Assembly: GCA_965644315.1 (NCBI GenBank)
Contig: CBFFRQ010000068.1
Coordinates: 248,001 to 312,000, forward strand
Length of the DNA: 64,000 nucleotides
Source of the DNA: Caecitellus pseudoparvulus
Taxonomy: Eukaryota > Protista > Bigyra: Bicosoecida
Direction: 5' to 3'
A program made the translations under genes and the position numbers. Under the pieces are notes generated by a model that was not told the origin of the DNA, made no database searches, and was given only the letters and a program-made list of their open reading frames with translations. Of the stretch, positions 1 to 11,078 are shown in pieces; the stretch's first letter is position 1; each line of letters starts with the position of its first letter.

Positions 1-2
1 CG

Positions 3-3000
3 CCTTCCGCAGCCGACGGCACCGACTCCAGCGCCACGCACGAGCTGTCGGAGCGCTTCAACGCAACATACGATCGAAGTGTCGGATTCAGCCGTGGGGC
101 GGCTGGGGATGACGCTGCAGCAGCTGACGATGAGGAGGCCGCAGAGGAAGCTGACGCCTCCGCTGCTTCGGTTCGCACAGCCGTCTGCCTTTACTCTGCA
201 TCCCTCGTCGTTATCATCGCATACTCCCTGCTGAATTTTTTCCTGTCAGACAACCGCTCTGACGCCGGCAAGGCGCTCGGTTTTGTCGTTGCCTCTGCGC
301 TCATCATCCTGGACAGTGCCGTGGCTCTCATGTATGTCGGCGGCCTTGTGCGTTCCCCCGGCAGAGTGGCTAGCGTTGTTGCCCTGTCCAGGGGTGCCGT
401 GCTGATCTTTGGCGCCCGGTTCTGGCTTATTGGCCTGTCTCTTGTCTACGTGCTCATGGGCCTCTTCCTCGCAAATGCTGTCGTGGACCAGCACTACGCC
501 CGGCTCAGGGAGGTGCAGGTGGTCAAGGCTCTTGGCGGCATTGATTCCCTGCTGTCTGGCAGCGACGCAGGTGGTGAAGAGGACGAAGATGCTGCCTCCC
601 GCAAGGCATCTTTAGCCAAGGCGGAGAGCGTAGCAGCTGCTGCAGTCCGCTCTGGCGCTGCGACGCCCCGCAGGGGCAGCGCTGACAGCGAGGGCGCGGG
701 CAGCGGGGAAGACCAGCCTGTCGAAGTGGCGGCGGATCATGGGCGAGGAAAGCGCCAAGATGGCCCCGGCAAGGTCCTTGTGCATGTGGTGAAGAGTGTG
801 CTACATGTTCAGCTTGTTGGAGACCAGCAGGGCGTCGTTCCATGGGACGGCGCCTCGGGCACGGCAGCAGATGCCACGACGAGTGACGTTGAGTCGGGGA
901 CGGACCGGCCTACTTCGGCAGCTGAGGCAGCCACGTCAGCACTGCAGGCTGAACACAAGCAGACGACAATGGAGCGCCTGGCAGCCCCAGAGGTGATTCT
1001 GTGCTACTTGACCCTGACTTTCGGAGGCCTCATTGCGCTGCTGGCGGCAGTGATGACTGGCAGCGCTTTGTTGCCCAGCGACAGAGTGCCAGTGTTGACG
1101 GGCACCCAGCCGCAATGGGTCTTCGGCATTGTGGCTGTGTTCTTCGTCCTTGCGTATCTTTTCGCGCTCTTTTCCTACCGCTTCTACGTGCACGACAACT
1201 GGGCCTTCAAGGGCATGGGGCTGAGCGTTGCGTTGGGCACGGTGGTCGCGTCTACGGTGGGCGGTGTGCTGATGTACGCAGCCACGACCTCGGCTTTCAT
1301 CCTGTGTGGGACAGTCTTTTTCCCCCCCGTTGTCATGCTCATGGCTGCAATGGTTGGGCAGTGGGCACGGGACGACTTCGACGTTCTCGTGCCTGGTGGC
1401 CTTGGTTGGTGTGTCCCTTTCACCCGGAAGGAGCACCGCATGCTGGAAGAGAAGTCAGGCGTGCCATGTCCCTTTGTTTGGCTTCAGCTGACTCGACCCT
1501 GTCGCACTTCGTCCCGCATGTCCGTGACCCCATCGGCGCCGACCACCGACGACACCGTAGCTGCGAGTGCCGGAGACTCTCCCACCGCCTCCGCTTCTGC
1601 GAGTGCCGCATCCTCAGATGCCCCATCTACCTCCCAGTCTGCCACAGAGCTGGACGAAGCTGCAGAGTACGATGCGCTGAATGTGCACCACCCGTGTCCT
1701 ACCGTGTGCAAGCCACGCGGCGCGTGCACTCCATACTGGACCGCTGGTATGTGGCGCAACAATGCGATGCTCCTTGGCGTCGTGCTCCTGGTTGCGTGCC
1801 TCATGGGCATGGGTGGAACAGCCGGCATCGGTTTTCCCCGTAGTGGCGGCGCAGCAGGATGGATCATTCCGGGAGCAGTGCTGCTGGTGATCCTCACTGG
1901 CCTGCCGTTGTACCACTACTTCAGTACTCTGGAGGCGTTTCACCCATTCCAAATCGTGACTTGCGTGCTGGCGCTCCTCGTGCACCTTGGTATCCACATC
2001 CCCCTTCTCGCAACGTACGCCAATGCTTCCTCAGACGACACCCGTGCCGTCGCGCTCGTGACGGCCACTGCCTTGAGCTTGGCAGCTTACCCATCCCTTG
2101 TGGTGGCTGGCGCAGCTTTGTACAAGTGGGCTGACGATGGCCTGGCCGGCCGGCCCAGCGTCGGCGTGATTGCTTGCCTCGCAGGTGCCAATGTCGTGAT
2201 TCTCGGCGTCATCATCGCAAGCTTCATTGTGTACACCAACTTGCGAGTCAGCGCTGTGGTATTGATTGCGTACGTTGCGCTCGCGCTTGCAGTCACCTAC
2301 TTCGTCGTGTACAAGCGGAACGGAAACTACCTGCCGAAGGGATGGGTGTACGGCCTGGTTGCGTGTTTGGCTGTGCTGGTGCTAGGCGGCATCGCCATGA
2401 CCATCGTTGAGTTCTTTGTGAACAGCAACATCGTTGCCGCGGTGGGCTGGTTCTCGGCGGCCTACCTCACCGTGTGTGGGCTCATTTTGGTGTGGGGGCT
2501 CTTCCGGCTTGTCCAGGCTGGCGTGTACGCCTCCTCCATCGGCGACATGGTAGGAAGTGGAGGAAGCGGCGGCAGTGCGTATGGCTCGGCTGGGCGCTCC
2601 CTGTACTTTTCTACCAGCTTCTTGCCAGCCTTCGAGATGTCTTCATCTGGCGGCCCAGCCAGGGAGCACCTTCGGTACCCGTCGTTGGTACTGGGTGGCT
2701 TGGGTGGCCTCGTGTTGTGGGGCATCATCATGCTGTCATTCCTGTCCCCCGCATACATCGGCTTGGTCGTGCTTGAGGCTGCCAAGGTCGCAGGGTTGAT
2801 CTTCGTCCTGGATGCCGCTGCCCGTGGACGAAGCCGCGTTGCCGAGGCTTGTGAGGCTCTTTCACTGGTGAGAGTCAGGGCTTTGGCCAATGCGCACGAC
2901 AGTGATGGCCCAGGTGCAGCGTCCCAGGCGGAAGACACGCAAGTGACGCTGGGAGTCTACGGCGCCTTGCGCATGGCTGTGGGCAAGGCAGCCTCCGAGC

Positions 3001-6000
3001 TCGCCCTGCGTGGTGCAGGGCCTTCTGACGTCAGCAAGGGTGCTGTGCCGGGAGTTGTGCCCCTGGCACCCTCAGGAGGAACCTCTGCCACTCATTCCGC
3101 GGCAGCCAGCGTCTCGGAAGTGGGCATGGAGGACACCGCAGTTGTGGTGCAGGACATGGGGCTTCGGGACGCGCTGAAGCTGCTGCTGGCACGATACAGC
3201 GGGATCAAGGCAGCTGAAAGCTCCGATGCGCAGCTGCAAGCCGAGCTCTGCAACTACCTGAACGTGTTGCCATGGTGCCACGTGCTCACCGGCGAGGCCT
3301 GTGGCGACGCGACTGCCAACCGTTGCCCCGCCTTGTGCCAATCTCAAGAGGAGTATTTGAAGAGCGAGACTTGCCGCGGGTTGCAGCAGCGCATCCAGCC
3401 ACCTGCAGATGGGAGCAGCGCAACTGCCCCCTCTATCACGGCGTCTGCGTCAGCAACTGCTGCCGGCGATGCTGCTGGTGACGCGCCGTCCACCAACGCA
3501 GTGGAGGTGGCCCGTGACCAGCTCTCGCTCCTGTACACCGCCAGGTTTGCAGCTGAGCAGCAGGCATCTGACTGGAACAAGTCGTGGCTGCAGGTCCTAG
3601 CCCACCTGCAGCATTTCGTCGTGGTGGCTGGCGCGACCGCCGCAGAAGAAGAGGCAGCGTCGTGGCTCGCGTTTCTCGAGTGGGTGGACGGCCTTCCCGT
3701 GCCCATTCTGGCGCAAATGGTGCCTCACGGAGCCATTGTCCGAGTCTTGAAGGAGTTGTTCCCAGTGGCATCAGGGCAGCGCAGGGACGCTGGCATGATT
3801 CCAGGAATCGGCGACGGAGTCTCCGGCCCTCCCAAGCCCTCACAGGCCATTGCCGAGCTGCTGCGGAATCTCGCGGCACTGGGGCCCAAAGCAGCGCCGC
3901 ACTTCTCAGCCGCATACGTCGTCTCAGGCATCAGCCTTTCCAAGAGCGACGTCACCTCGCCCGCCGCAGTGTCTGCGTTGGTGGCGCGCAAGCTGGGCGC
4001 AGCGGACGGCAGGCACATGCGCAGCGCCCTGGACGCTCTGCGCCGCGTGCACGCCGAGTACAAGATTGCCCAGCGGGAGGCCGAGGAGCAGAAGAAGCGC
4101 GAGGATGAAGAGGCCGACCGCAAGCGGCGCGAGGCAGAGGAGGCTCGCCGTCGTGCCGTTGCTGACGCTGAGCGTGCCGCACAGCTTGCTGCAGAGGCCG
4201 AGGCCCGCCGTCTTCGAGAGGAGCAAGAGCGCCGTGAGCGCGAGGCAGCTGCTGCAGCAGAGCGTGCTGCACGTGAGGCTGCGGAGCGCGAGGCCGCCGA
4301 AGCAGAACGCCAGCGCAAGGCAGCCGAAGAAGCTGAGCGGCAGCGTGCTGAGCAGGAAGCGGCAGCAGCGGCGGCCGCTGCTGCCGCCCAGCGCCGTGCG
4401 GAGGAGGAGGAGAAGCGGCGAGCAGCGGCGGCTGCTGAAATTGCCCGCTTGGCTGACGAAGAAGCCCGTCGCCAGGCAGAGGAGGAGGAGGCTGCGCGGC
4501 AACGGGAGGCTGCAGAGGCTCAGGCGCGGCATCAGCGGGAAGTGGAGGCAGCTCGGAAGGCTGCCGAGGAGGCGGCTGCAGCTGCAGCTGCCGCTGCAGC
4601 CGCAGAATCTCGTCGGCGTGCAGAGGCAGAAGCCGAAGCGCGGCGAGCGGCCGAGGAGGCTGCCGCGAAAGCTGCTGCTGAGGCGGCAGCTGCGGCTGAG
4701 GCAGCTGCAGCCGCCCAGCGCCGCGCTGAAGAGGAAGCCCGCAAGGCTGAGGAGGAGGCGAAGCGCAGGGCAGCAAGTGGCGGGGGGGCAGCAGCAGGGG
4801 CACAAGGTGGGGGAGACGCTGACGGCATCACGTCTGTGCAGGAGCTACTGGCAGCCTCAGGCGGTGCACCCCGAGGCGGCATCATCACAGGCCCCGGCCC
4901 CGACGGCATCTCGTTGGAGGAAGCACGCGAACAGCTGCAGGCATTCAAGGAGGCTGTCAAGGCGAGCGGCCAAGCCTTTTTCAGCGACCCGAGCTTCGTC
5001 GGCGAATCCGCTGTGGGCAGTGACGTGCGCACGGAGCTGGAGGACTCGTGGGCACGCCCTGCGGAGTTCGCTGTGGCGCCCAAGATGCTGGATGACGGCC
5101 CATGCAGTGGCGACGTGCAGCAGGGCTCGTTGGGCGACTGCTGGTTGCTGTCGGCCTTCGCCGTGCTGGCAGAACACAAGGACCTGATGCAGCAGGTGCT
5201 CGTCAGCGATGAGGTGGGGGACGACGCCGTTGTGGGCGTGCGGCTGTTCAAGAACGGCAAGTGGCGCCTGGTCATTACAGATGACTCCTTCCCCATCAAG
5301 AAAGAAGTTTTCTCTTACGCTGAGGCGCCCAGCCGCCTCTTCCGAGGCAACTACAAACAACGTGACATGCGGGGCATGCAGCGCCTGGCGGCCCCCGCCT
5401 TCTGCAGCTCAGCGACGCGGGATGAACTCTGGCCGATGGCGCTAGAGAAGGCGTACGCCCGCTACTTCGGCTCATACTCCTCCATTGTTGGCGGGCTTGT
5501 GCACACCGCTCTTGTGGACTTGACGGGTGGCAGTGGGCTGTGTATTGACCTCAAGTCCGACGAATCCAAGGCTGACATCCGCTCGGGCGCGTTGTGGAAG
5601 AAGATCCTGCAGTTCCACGAGAGTGGCTACCTCATGGGCTGCGGCTCAAACTCTGGTTCCGACAGCGATGTGTCTGCCCAGGGCGTTGTGCAAGGCCATG
5701 CGTACAGCATTTTGAACGTGGTAGAGGCTGCAGACCAATACGGGACGCACCAGCTCATTCGCGCTCGTAACCCCTGGGGATCCACTGAGTTCAAGGGCAA
5801 GTACAGTGACTTCGACACGCGCTCGTGGACGAAACGCCTGCGAACGAAGGTGGGCTATGACCCCGACAATGCTGATGACGATGACGGCGCGTTCTTCATC
5901 GGATTCCGGGACTTTGTCACCCAGTTCCGCAACTTGTACGTCTTGCGACGTTTTGTGGATGTGTCTGTGGACCCCAGCAAGGGGTGGCACAGGTACTCGA

Positions 6001-6437
6001 ACAGGGGTGCATGGGTGGCCGGCAGCACTTCCGGCGGCCGCACGTCCTGTGAGGGGACGTGGAAGAACCCACACTTTTTCTTGAAGGTGTCTCGGCCCAG
6101 CACAGTCTTCATCTCGCTTGTGCAGCACGAGAAGGAAGGCTCTGGGTCCCGGGACTACATCGCGGCAGGCTTTGCAGTCGTTGACAACGGTGCCAAGCGC
6201 GTGGCACGGGTGTATGCCGGCGAGCTGCCTTTCGGATGGGGACCCATGACCAACTCTCGAGAGGGCAGCCAAGAAATCACAATTGAGGACCCTGAGAAGA
6301 CGTACATGATTTGGGTGGCCACGTGGGATCCTGACACGGAGGCTGAGTTCACGCTCACCGTGCACTCCCAGCACCCGCTGCAAGATGCGCTGGAGGGTGC
6401 ACTGAAGCCCGTGCCAGAGGATTGGCCACATAACTGA
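3..6437 (+). CDS. DEK1-like transmembrane calpain (multi-TM region, E/R/A-rich helix, CysPc protease, domain III); 5'-truncated
   Basis: The frame is open from base 3, upstream of the ORF-track start at 321. There are many hydrophobic TM segments up to about 2820. The calpain catalytic triad is present: QGSLGDCWLL (Cys), GHAYS (His), RNPWG (Asn). A domain III-like region follows (GAWVAGSTSGG...KNPHFFL...ATWDPDTEAEFTLTVHS). Confidence 0.9.
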   Translation, partial: PSAADGTDSSATHELSERFNATYDRSVGFSRGAAGDDAAAADDEEAAEEADASAASVRTAVCLYSASLVVIIAYSLLNFFLSDNRSDAGKALGFVVASALIILDSAVALMYVGGLVRSPGRVASVVALSRGAVLIFGARFWLIGLSLVYVLMGLFLANAVVDQHYARLREVQVVKALGGIDSLLSGSDAGGEEDEDAASRKASLAKAESVAAAAVRSGAATPRRGSADSEGAGSGEDQPVEVAADHGRGKRQDGPGKVLVHVVKSVLHVQLVGDQQGVVPWDGASGTAADATTSDVESGTDRPTSAAEAATSALQAEHKQTTMERLAAPEVILCYLTLTFGGLIALLAAVMTGSALLPSDRVPVLTGTQPQWVFGIVAVFFVLAYLFALFSYRFYVHDNWAFKGMGLSVALGTVVASTVGGVLMYAATTSAFILCGTVFFPPVVMLMAAMVGQWARDDFDVLVPGGLGWCVPFTRKEHRMLEEKSGVPCPFVWLQLTRPCRTSSRMSVTPSAPTTDDTVAASAGDSPTASASASAASSDAPSTSQSATELDEAAEYDALNVHHPCPTVCKPRGACTPYWTAGMWRNNAMLLGVVLLVACLMGMGGTAGIGFPRSGGAAGWIIPGAVLLVILTGLPLYHYFSTLEAFHPFQIVTCVLALLVHLGIHIPLLATYANASSDDTRAVALVTATALSLAAYPSLVVAGAALYKWADDGLAGRPSVGVIACLAGANVVILGVIIASFIVYTNLRVSAVVLIAYVALALAVTYFVVYKRNGNYLPKGWVYGLVACLAVLVLGGIAMTIVEFFVNSNIVAAVGWFSAAYLTVCGLILVWGLFRLVQAGVYASSIGDMVGSGGSGGSAYGSAGRSLYFSTSFLPAFEMSSSGGPAREHLRYPSLVLGGLGGLVLWGIIMLSFLSPAYIGLVVLEAAKVAGLIFVLDAAARGRSRVAEACEALSLVRVRALANAHDSDGPGAASQAEDTQVTLGVYGALRMAVGKAASELALRGAGPSDVSKGAVPGVVPLAPSGGTSATHSAAASVSEVGMEDTAVVVQDMGLRDALKLLLARYSGIKAAESSDAQLQAELCNYLNVLPWCHVLTGEACGDATANRCPALCQSQEEYLKSETCRGLQQRIQPPADGSSATAPSITASASATAAGDAAGDAPSTNAVEVARDQLSLLYTARFAAEQQASDWNKSWLQVLAHLQHFVVVAGATAAEEEAASWLAFLEWVDGLPVPILAQMVPHGAIVRVLKELFPVASGQRRDAGMIPGIGDGVSGPPKPSQAIAELLRNLAALGPKAAPHFSAAYVVSGISLSKSDVTSPAAVSALVARKLGAADGRHMRSALDALRRVHAEYKIAQREAEEQKKREDEEADRKRREAEEARRRAVADAERAAQLAAEAEARRLREEQERREREAAAAAERAAREAAEREAAEAERQRKAAEEAERQRAEQEAAAAAAAAAAQRRAEEEEKRRAAAAAEIARLADEEARRQAEEEEAARQREAAEAQARHQREVEAARKAAEEAAAAAAAAAAAESRRRAEAEAEARRAAEEAAAKAAAEAAAAAEAAAAAQRRAEEEARKAEEEAKRRAASGGGAAAGAQGGGDADGITSVQELLAASGGAPRGGIITGPGPDGISLEEAREQLQAFKEAVKASGQAFFSDPSFVGESAVGSDVRTELEDSWARPAEFAVAPKMLDDGPCSGDVQQGSLGDCWLLSAFAVLAEHKDLMQQVLVSDEVGDDAVVGVRLFKNGKWRLVITDDSFPIKKEVFSYAEAPSRLFRGNYKQRDMRGMQRLAAPAFCSSATRDELWPMALEKAYARYFGSYSSIVGGLVHTALVDLTGGSGLCIDLKSDESKADIRSGALWKKILQFHESGYLMGCGSNSGSDSDVSAQGVVQGHAYSILNVVEAADQYGTHQLIRARNPWGSTEFKGKYSDFDTRSWTKRLRTKVGYDPDNADDDDGAFFIGFRDFVTQFRNLYVLRRFVDVSVDPSKGWHRYSNRGAWVAGSTSGGRTSCEGTWKNPHFFLKVSRPSTVFISLVQHEKEGSGSRDYIAAGFAVVDNGAKRVARVYAGELPFGWGPMTNSREGSQEITIEDPEKTYMIWVATWDPDTEAEFTLTVHSQHPLQDALEGALKPVPEDWPHN
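4070..4770 (+). repeat. Low-complexity E/R/K/A-rich single-alpha-helix or coiled-coil coding tract inside the calpain
   Basis: EAEEQKKREDEEADRKRREAEEARRR...EEEARKAEEEAKRR, about 230 aa with no Pro or Gly. Confidence 0.85.
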
Positions 6438-6448
6438 GCGGGGCACAT

Positions 6449-6460
6449 GCAATGCATTGC
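6449..6460. terminator. Palindromic GCAATGCATTGC, candidate bidirectional 3'-end (poly(A)) signal between convergent genes
   Basis: 12-bp perfect palindrome carrying AATGCA on both strands, in the 58-nt gap between the calpain and PTGR3 stops. The same hexamer follows many other stops. Confidence 0.5.
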
Positions 6461-6495
6461 TGTCGAGCAAAGGAGGGAGGCTGCGCCACTGGCGG

Positions 6496-7651
6496 TCACA
6501 GTTTGGCATCGCTGGCCTCTGATGTGGGCGCTGCCACCTGCACCACCACCTTCCCAACGTTTTTGCGGTCGTACATGAAGTCAATGGCGTCTGCCACCGA
6601 CTCCAGGCCGCGGAAGGGAGTGGGGTCCACGCCCGGCTTGAGCTGCCCGGCTTCCACCATGCCCCACAAACGCATCATGTGCTCTGCCCACAAGTCAGCA
6701 AAGTCGTTCAAGAAGAAGCCACGGACAGAAGCAGACTTGGCGAGGAGCATAGCAGGCCACGGCGTGCGGCTGGTGGCAGGGCCGGCCTTGCCCGAGTCCC
6801 ACGCCGATCCATCCGTGTACCCCGAGATCATGCCGATGACGATGAGGCGACCGTGCGTCGCGAGGTTGCGCACTGCCGCGTCGAACATGCTGCCCCCCAC
6901 ACTCTCGTAGACAATGTCTACGCCCTTCGGGAACTCGCCCTTCAGCACAGTGTGCAGGTCTTCCTCGCGATAGTTCACGACGCGGTGCACGCCCAACGAC
7001 CTCAAATGCTCAGCCTTGGCGGCGCTGGAGCAGGTCCCGATGACGGTGTGGCCCGCTGCCACTGCAAGTTGCACTGCGATTTGGCCCGTTGCCCCTGCTG
7101 CCGCTGTGACCAGGACTGTCTGACCGCCCCCCGATGGCAGCATTTCGCCCACCTTCTCCAGCGCGATGGAGGCGGTCAAGCCCGAGACAAAGAGAGGGAA
7201 CAGGGTGGGATCCGCCCGGGGAAGTGGTACGGCTGCTTTTGCAGGTGCAACGAGAAGTTCTGAGAATGCTCCGAACTGCGTCAGAGCCACTGCGTCGCCG
7301 GGCTTTAGCTGCAGGAGGAGCGGAGGGGATGGCACGTGCTGCGTGCCATGAAAGGGAGAGCTGCCATCCCGGAAGACTCACGTGTTGCACATCATCCGCA
7401 GCATGCGTGACTTCCCCCATAGCTTCGAAGCCAACGTCAAACGGCGGCTGCACGTCTGGTGTGTACTTCCCGGCGGTGAAGTTGACATCACTCGCGTTGA
7501 CAGCGACGTGGGTTGTGCGCACAGCGATCGTGCCTCGCTTCAAAGGCGTGGGCAGGGGGGGAACTGGAACGATGGAGGTGGCTGCACGAAAGTTTGAGCC
7601 AAGTTCCTTGCACACGATCTTTCTGGCGGTCTGTGCTGCACTGGCGGCCAT
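6496..7651 (-). CDS. PTGR3: Prostaglandin reductase 3 / ZADH2-like NADP oxidoreductase (MDR family), 2 exons, PTS1-like C-terminus
   Basis: Exons 7651-7382 and 7308-6496 join in phase across a GT-AG intron (7381-7309, 73 nt). Motifs VNASDVNF, GFEAMG, AAAGATG, GVDIVYESVGG, GKVVV. Ends in -AKL. Confidence 0.88.
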
Positions 7652-7801
7652 AGTGGGAGCTGAGTCTCCTTGGCGGGGTGTACCAAATTCCGCGACACGC
7701 CGAGGGTATGCAGCTGTGCAAGCTTGAACTGTGCGTGAAATCCGTTTTAGCGCCTCTAGAGTGGTTCGAGCAATCTTGAATTTTACCGCGAAAGCCTTCA
7801 T

Positions 7802-10800
7802 TCATTGTTGGTCTTCGGTGCTGGCCTCCGCGACGGGGGAGGTTGGTGGCTGCTTCGATGCGGCACGCTGTGCCACACTCTTGCTGCGGTAGCGTGACGT
7901 CGCACCACCCAGAGACATGCCCCTCGTGCCACCAAGTGTGTGGCGGCCTGCAAGCGCCGAGAGCCCCGCGGTGGCTCCGCTGAGCCCGCCCACTTTGTCC
8001 CCTTTCGAGCCACCCAGCGTGCCGCCGCCTGTCTTGGTCGTCCAAGCCCGGCGCCCGGAATGCTTGGACTTCCTCCAGCGCAAGTCCTCTGCGAGCTTCG
8101 AGGAAGCTAGTAGGTTTTCATGCAGAGCTTTCCACGTGGAGTCTCGCTCCGGGGCAGACTCGAACCACAGGCGGAGGAAAACGATGGACCGAGTGCCGCT
8201 TGTGAAACTGGCAGCCTGCCCACCTGAGCTGCCGGAGGCCTCGGAGTACACGACGTCAAAGTGGAACATGTCTCGACCGTCGACCCCTGCACCTGCTCCA
8301 GGATTACGCTTCAAAGTGCCGGTGGTGCTGGATCGCGCCTTGGTCCCCACTCCAGGGGCAGGGGGCACGATGAGGCTGGGCGGCCTGGAAGCCGCATCGC
8401 TGGCAGGTGTCTCATCCTTGGCATCCTCTTGCGGGGAAGCAGAGGGCGTAGACTCCGTTGTGGTGGGGTCAGAAGGCTCCAATGGCTCCATGCCCCACCC
8501 TGGGCGCAGGGTCACCTCGCGCGTGAGAGCGATTTCATGCACTGCCACGTACCGAGGGCCGCCAGGGGCAGTTTCGTCTTGCTGAGACTCACTCCCAGAA
8601 ATGTGTTTGCCAATGACGAGAAGGTTGTTGAAAAGCCACAGGCGCCTGCGCTTGGCAGCCTTGACAGCGGCGGAGCCAGTCCGCTTCTTGGATCTGTCCT
8701 CAGTCGGGTCGCCCACCAGCACCCGCCGCCAATCCGCAGTCAGGGTGCGCCCGGGTACAATGAGGTGGTCCATGCCGCCGCCCAGCAGAGTGTGCACCTT
8801 GACCATTTGCGTCAAGCTCTCTTGTCTGTTGAACTGGGCGTCGACATCGCTGGCTACGCGCTGGATGGTGGCCAGCGTGCCCTCGAGGTCTTCCCGCGAC
8901 GGGTGTCCGTCTGGCATGTGCTTCAGCAAGTCCCTGGACAAGGGATGTGAGGCGTGCTTCGTGGCAAGCAACACACAGCGAAGCACCCGCGAGCAGTGCA
9001 CGACTCACTTGAACAGCAGCGGGTACTTGCAAATGCGCTGCACAGGCTTGATGAGGAGGGCGGACAGGTCGCCGTGTCCTGCTGCGATGAGCAGGCCCCG
9101 GAACTGCTCCGAATTAGCCTTGTAGTGTTCAACCAAGTCCCGAGCAGCCCAGTAGTTCCGGCAGTACTCTGCATACAGCCTGAAGAAGGGAGCGACTGAC
9201 TTGAACGCGTGGGCGAAGACGCTGGACAAGCGCACAGGCGTGTTGGCCGTGCCAGACGACAGTGCTGGAGGGCGCCCATGTGCCGGTGCGGGGTGCGTGG
9301 GTGGGCGTGCACTGGAAGGCTTTGGAGGTGATGCGTCTGTGACGGGCAGCGGCGGCACGCCGAGGGCGCCTCCGGCGCCTGCGATGTCCACGGCCGATCG
9401 GGGCACGACTCCCATGCGGTGCAGGCCGTGCACCAAGGACGACAGCAGCGCGCCATTCACCTGCAAGACATGCTCTATATTGCTGAACACCTTTGGGATA
9501 TCGGGTTCTGGCAGAACAGGGGCTCCTTCATCCACCTTGCGCTGGAGGGGGCGCTTGAAAGCTGCGCAGGGGCGGTGGCGCGAGGCGTGGCGAAGGCAAA
9601 GCGCAGGGCCATGCGCTGCGGCTCTCACACTTAATTAGGACCTGCAGCGCCTTCATATAGGCTCGTTCTGTGTCATAGATCTCACAGTACACGTTGTACC
9701 GGTGCCGTGCGAACTCCGCGGTGGGGTCCTCCGCTGCCGTGGCGCTGCCATCTCCCGTTTCTGCCACTTCTGTTTCGTGATCCCCCCCCTCCCCTTCCTG
9801 CGCTGCAGAGGTGAGCGCGCTGCCATCGACGTCTGCAGCACCTCGGGAGGCTGGGTTGTCGAAAGCAGGATCAAAGGGCGGCAAGGGAGGCAAGTCGTCC
9901 ACCTGCATGTCCACTGCGGACACGGCAGCCACGCCGCCCTCGGCACCAGGAATGAGAGGGCGGAACCCAGAAGGCCTCGCCAGCATGGATGCCCTGGAAG
10001 GCTGGGCGCCTCCTCCTTCCTCCCTGCTGCCAACGGATATGGAGGCGATGGAGCGGCCACTGGCGACAGACCCGGCGCGGCCCATGGTGTCGGGGTCGCT
10101 GGGAGGGAGAGCCAGGCCCGTTGCCTCCCCCTCCAATGGTGCGGCAGCAATATCTTCTGGTGCATGAGTTGGAGGTGCAGTGTGGGGTGGAGGAGGGGGG
10201 GGCGGCAGCGTTGACGCGATGCTGGCGCGAGCCGCTTGCACCGGTTGGGAGGGGTGTGGCACCCTGCCGCTTGGCGTGCGTGCGTGGGGGGTGCGCTGAG
10301 CGGCAGCGCGGGACCTGGACTCACTCCGCAGAGCCGCTCGGGCCGCTTCATGGGCGCCCACCAGGCCCTCGGCTTGGGCATGGCTACAACACCACAGGGT
10401 GATTTCTCGTGCAGCGGATGGAGCAGCAGGGACGGGCTGGCCCGCCGCAACGCCAGAAACGCACCAGGGGTCCGAGAGGAGTTGCAGTTGCAACGGCACC
10501 AGGTTTCCCTCTGTATTGGTGCCGGTTGCCAAGGAGGTGCTTTTCAGCTTGAAGGCCTTGGCACGCATGGAGCTGCCCATGCACCCTGGCGTTACCTTGC
10601 CCAGCACGAGGGTGTCAGACAGCAGCACCAGGGAGTAGGGCCTCACAAGGCCAGCTCGGACACACTCAGTGTGGGATGCCATGAACCCCGGGGTTTTGGC
10701 CCCGTCAATATCTGCTCCAGCAAGCATTTCCCGGCCATGCTTGATGAAAGTCTGGGGTGAAGGCGATACGAGCGCAGTCGCATGCGATGCAAAGGCTCTG

Positions 10801-10899
10801 AGCTGGCCACAGCACCCTTACCGTCGGGGGAAGAGCCATGCCAGCCACAACATCCTCAATCGTCGTAAAGGACTCACTTTGAGGCCACGGCCCCTCCAT
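7802..10899 (-). CDS. Dbl-family Rho guanine exchange factor (N-terminal PH-like region, DH and PH), multi-exon
   Basis: DH motifs EIYDTERAYMKAL, VFSNIE, FFRLYAEYCRNY, LLIKPVQRICKYPLL and DLLKH. PH motifs RRLWLFNNLLVIGK and ESAPERDSTW. Exons are spread over ORFs 10705-10899, 9528-10727, 9005-9628 and 7802-9001 with GT-AG junctions. The start is uncertain. Confidence 0.85.
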
Positions 10900-11078
10900 G
10901 AATCCCTGCGGTCCCTCTTTGTTGCTAGGGCTGGCTGCACACTCAGTGGCTGGCGTGAGCCAACACGTGAAAAAGCGTGCTCACCGCTTCGCGACTTGTG
11001 TGCGGAAGCAGAAGCCAATTCACTTGCATTCCATGAAGGGAGTGGCGTTATATTGACTCATGTGCGCGAAAATGCTTC

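Noticed and set aside
3850-5187. Alternate-frame and antisense ORFs over the calpain E/R/A tract
   Set aside because: They are a by-product of low-complexity GC-rich codons lacking stops.
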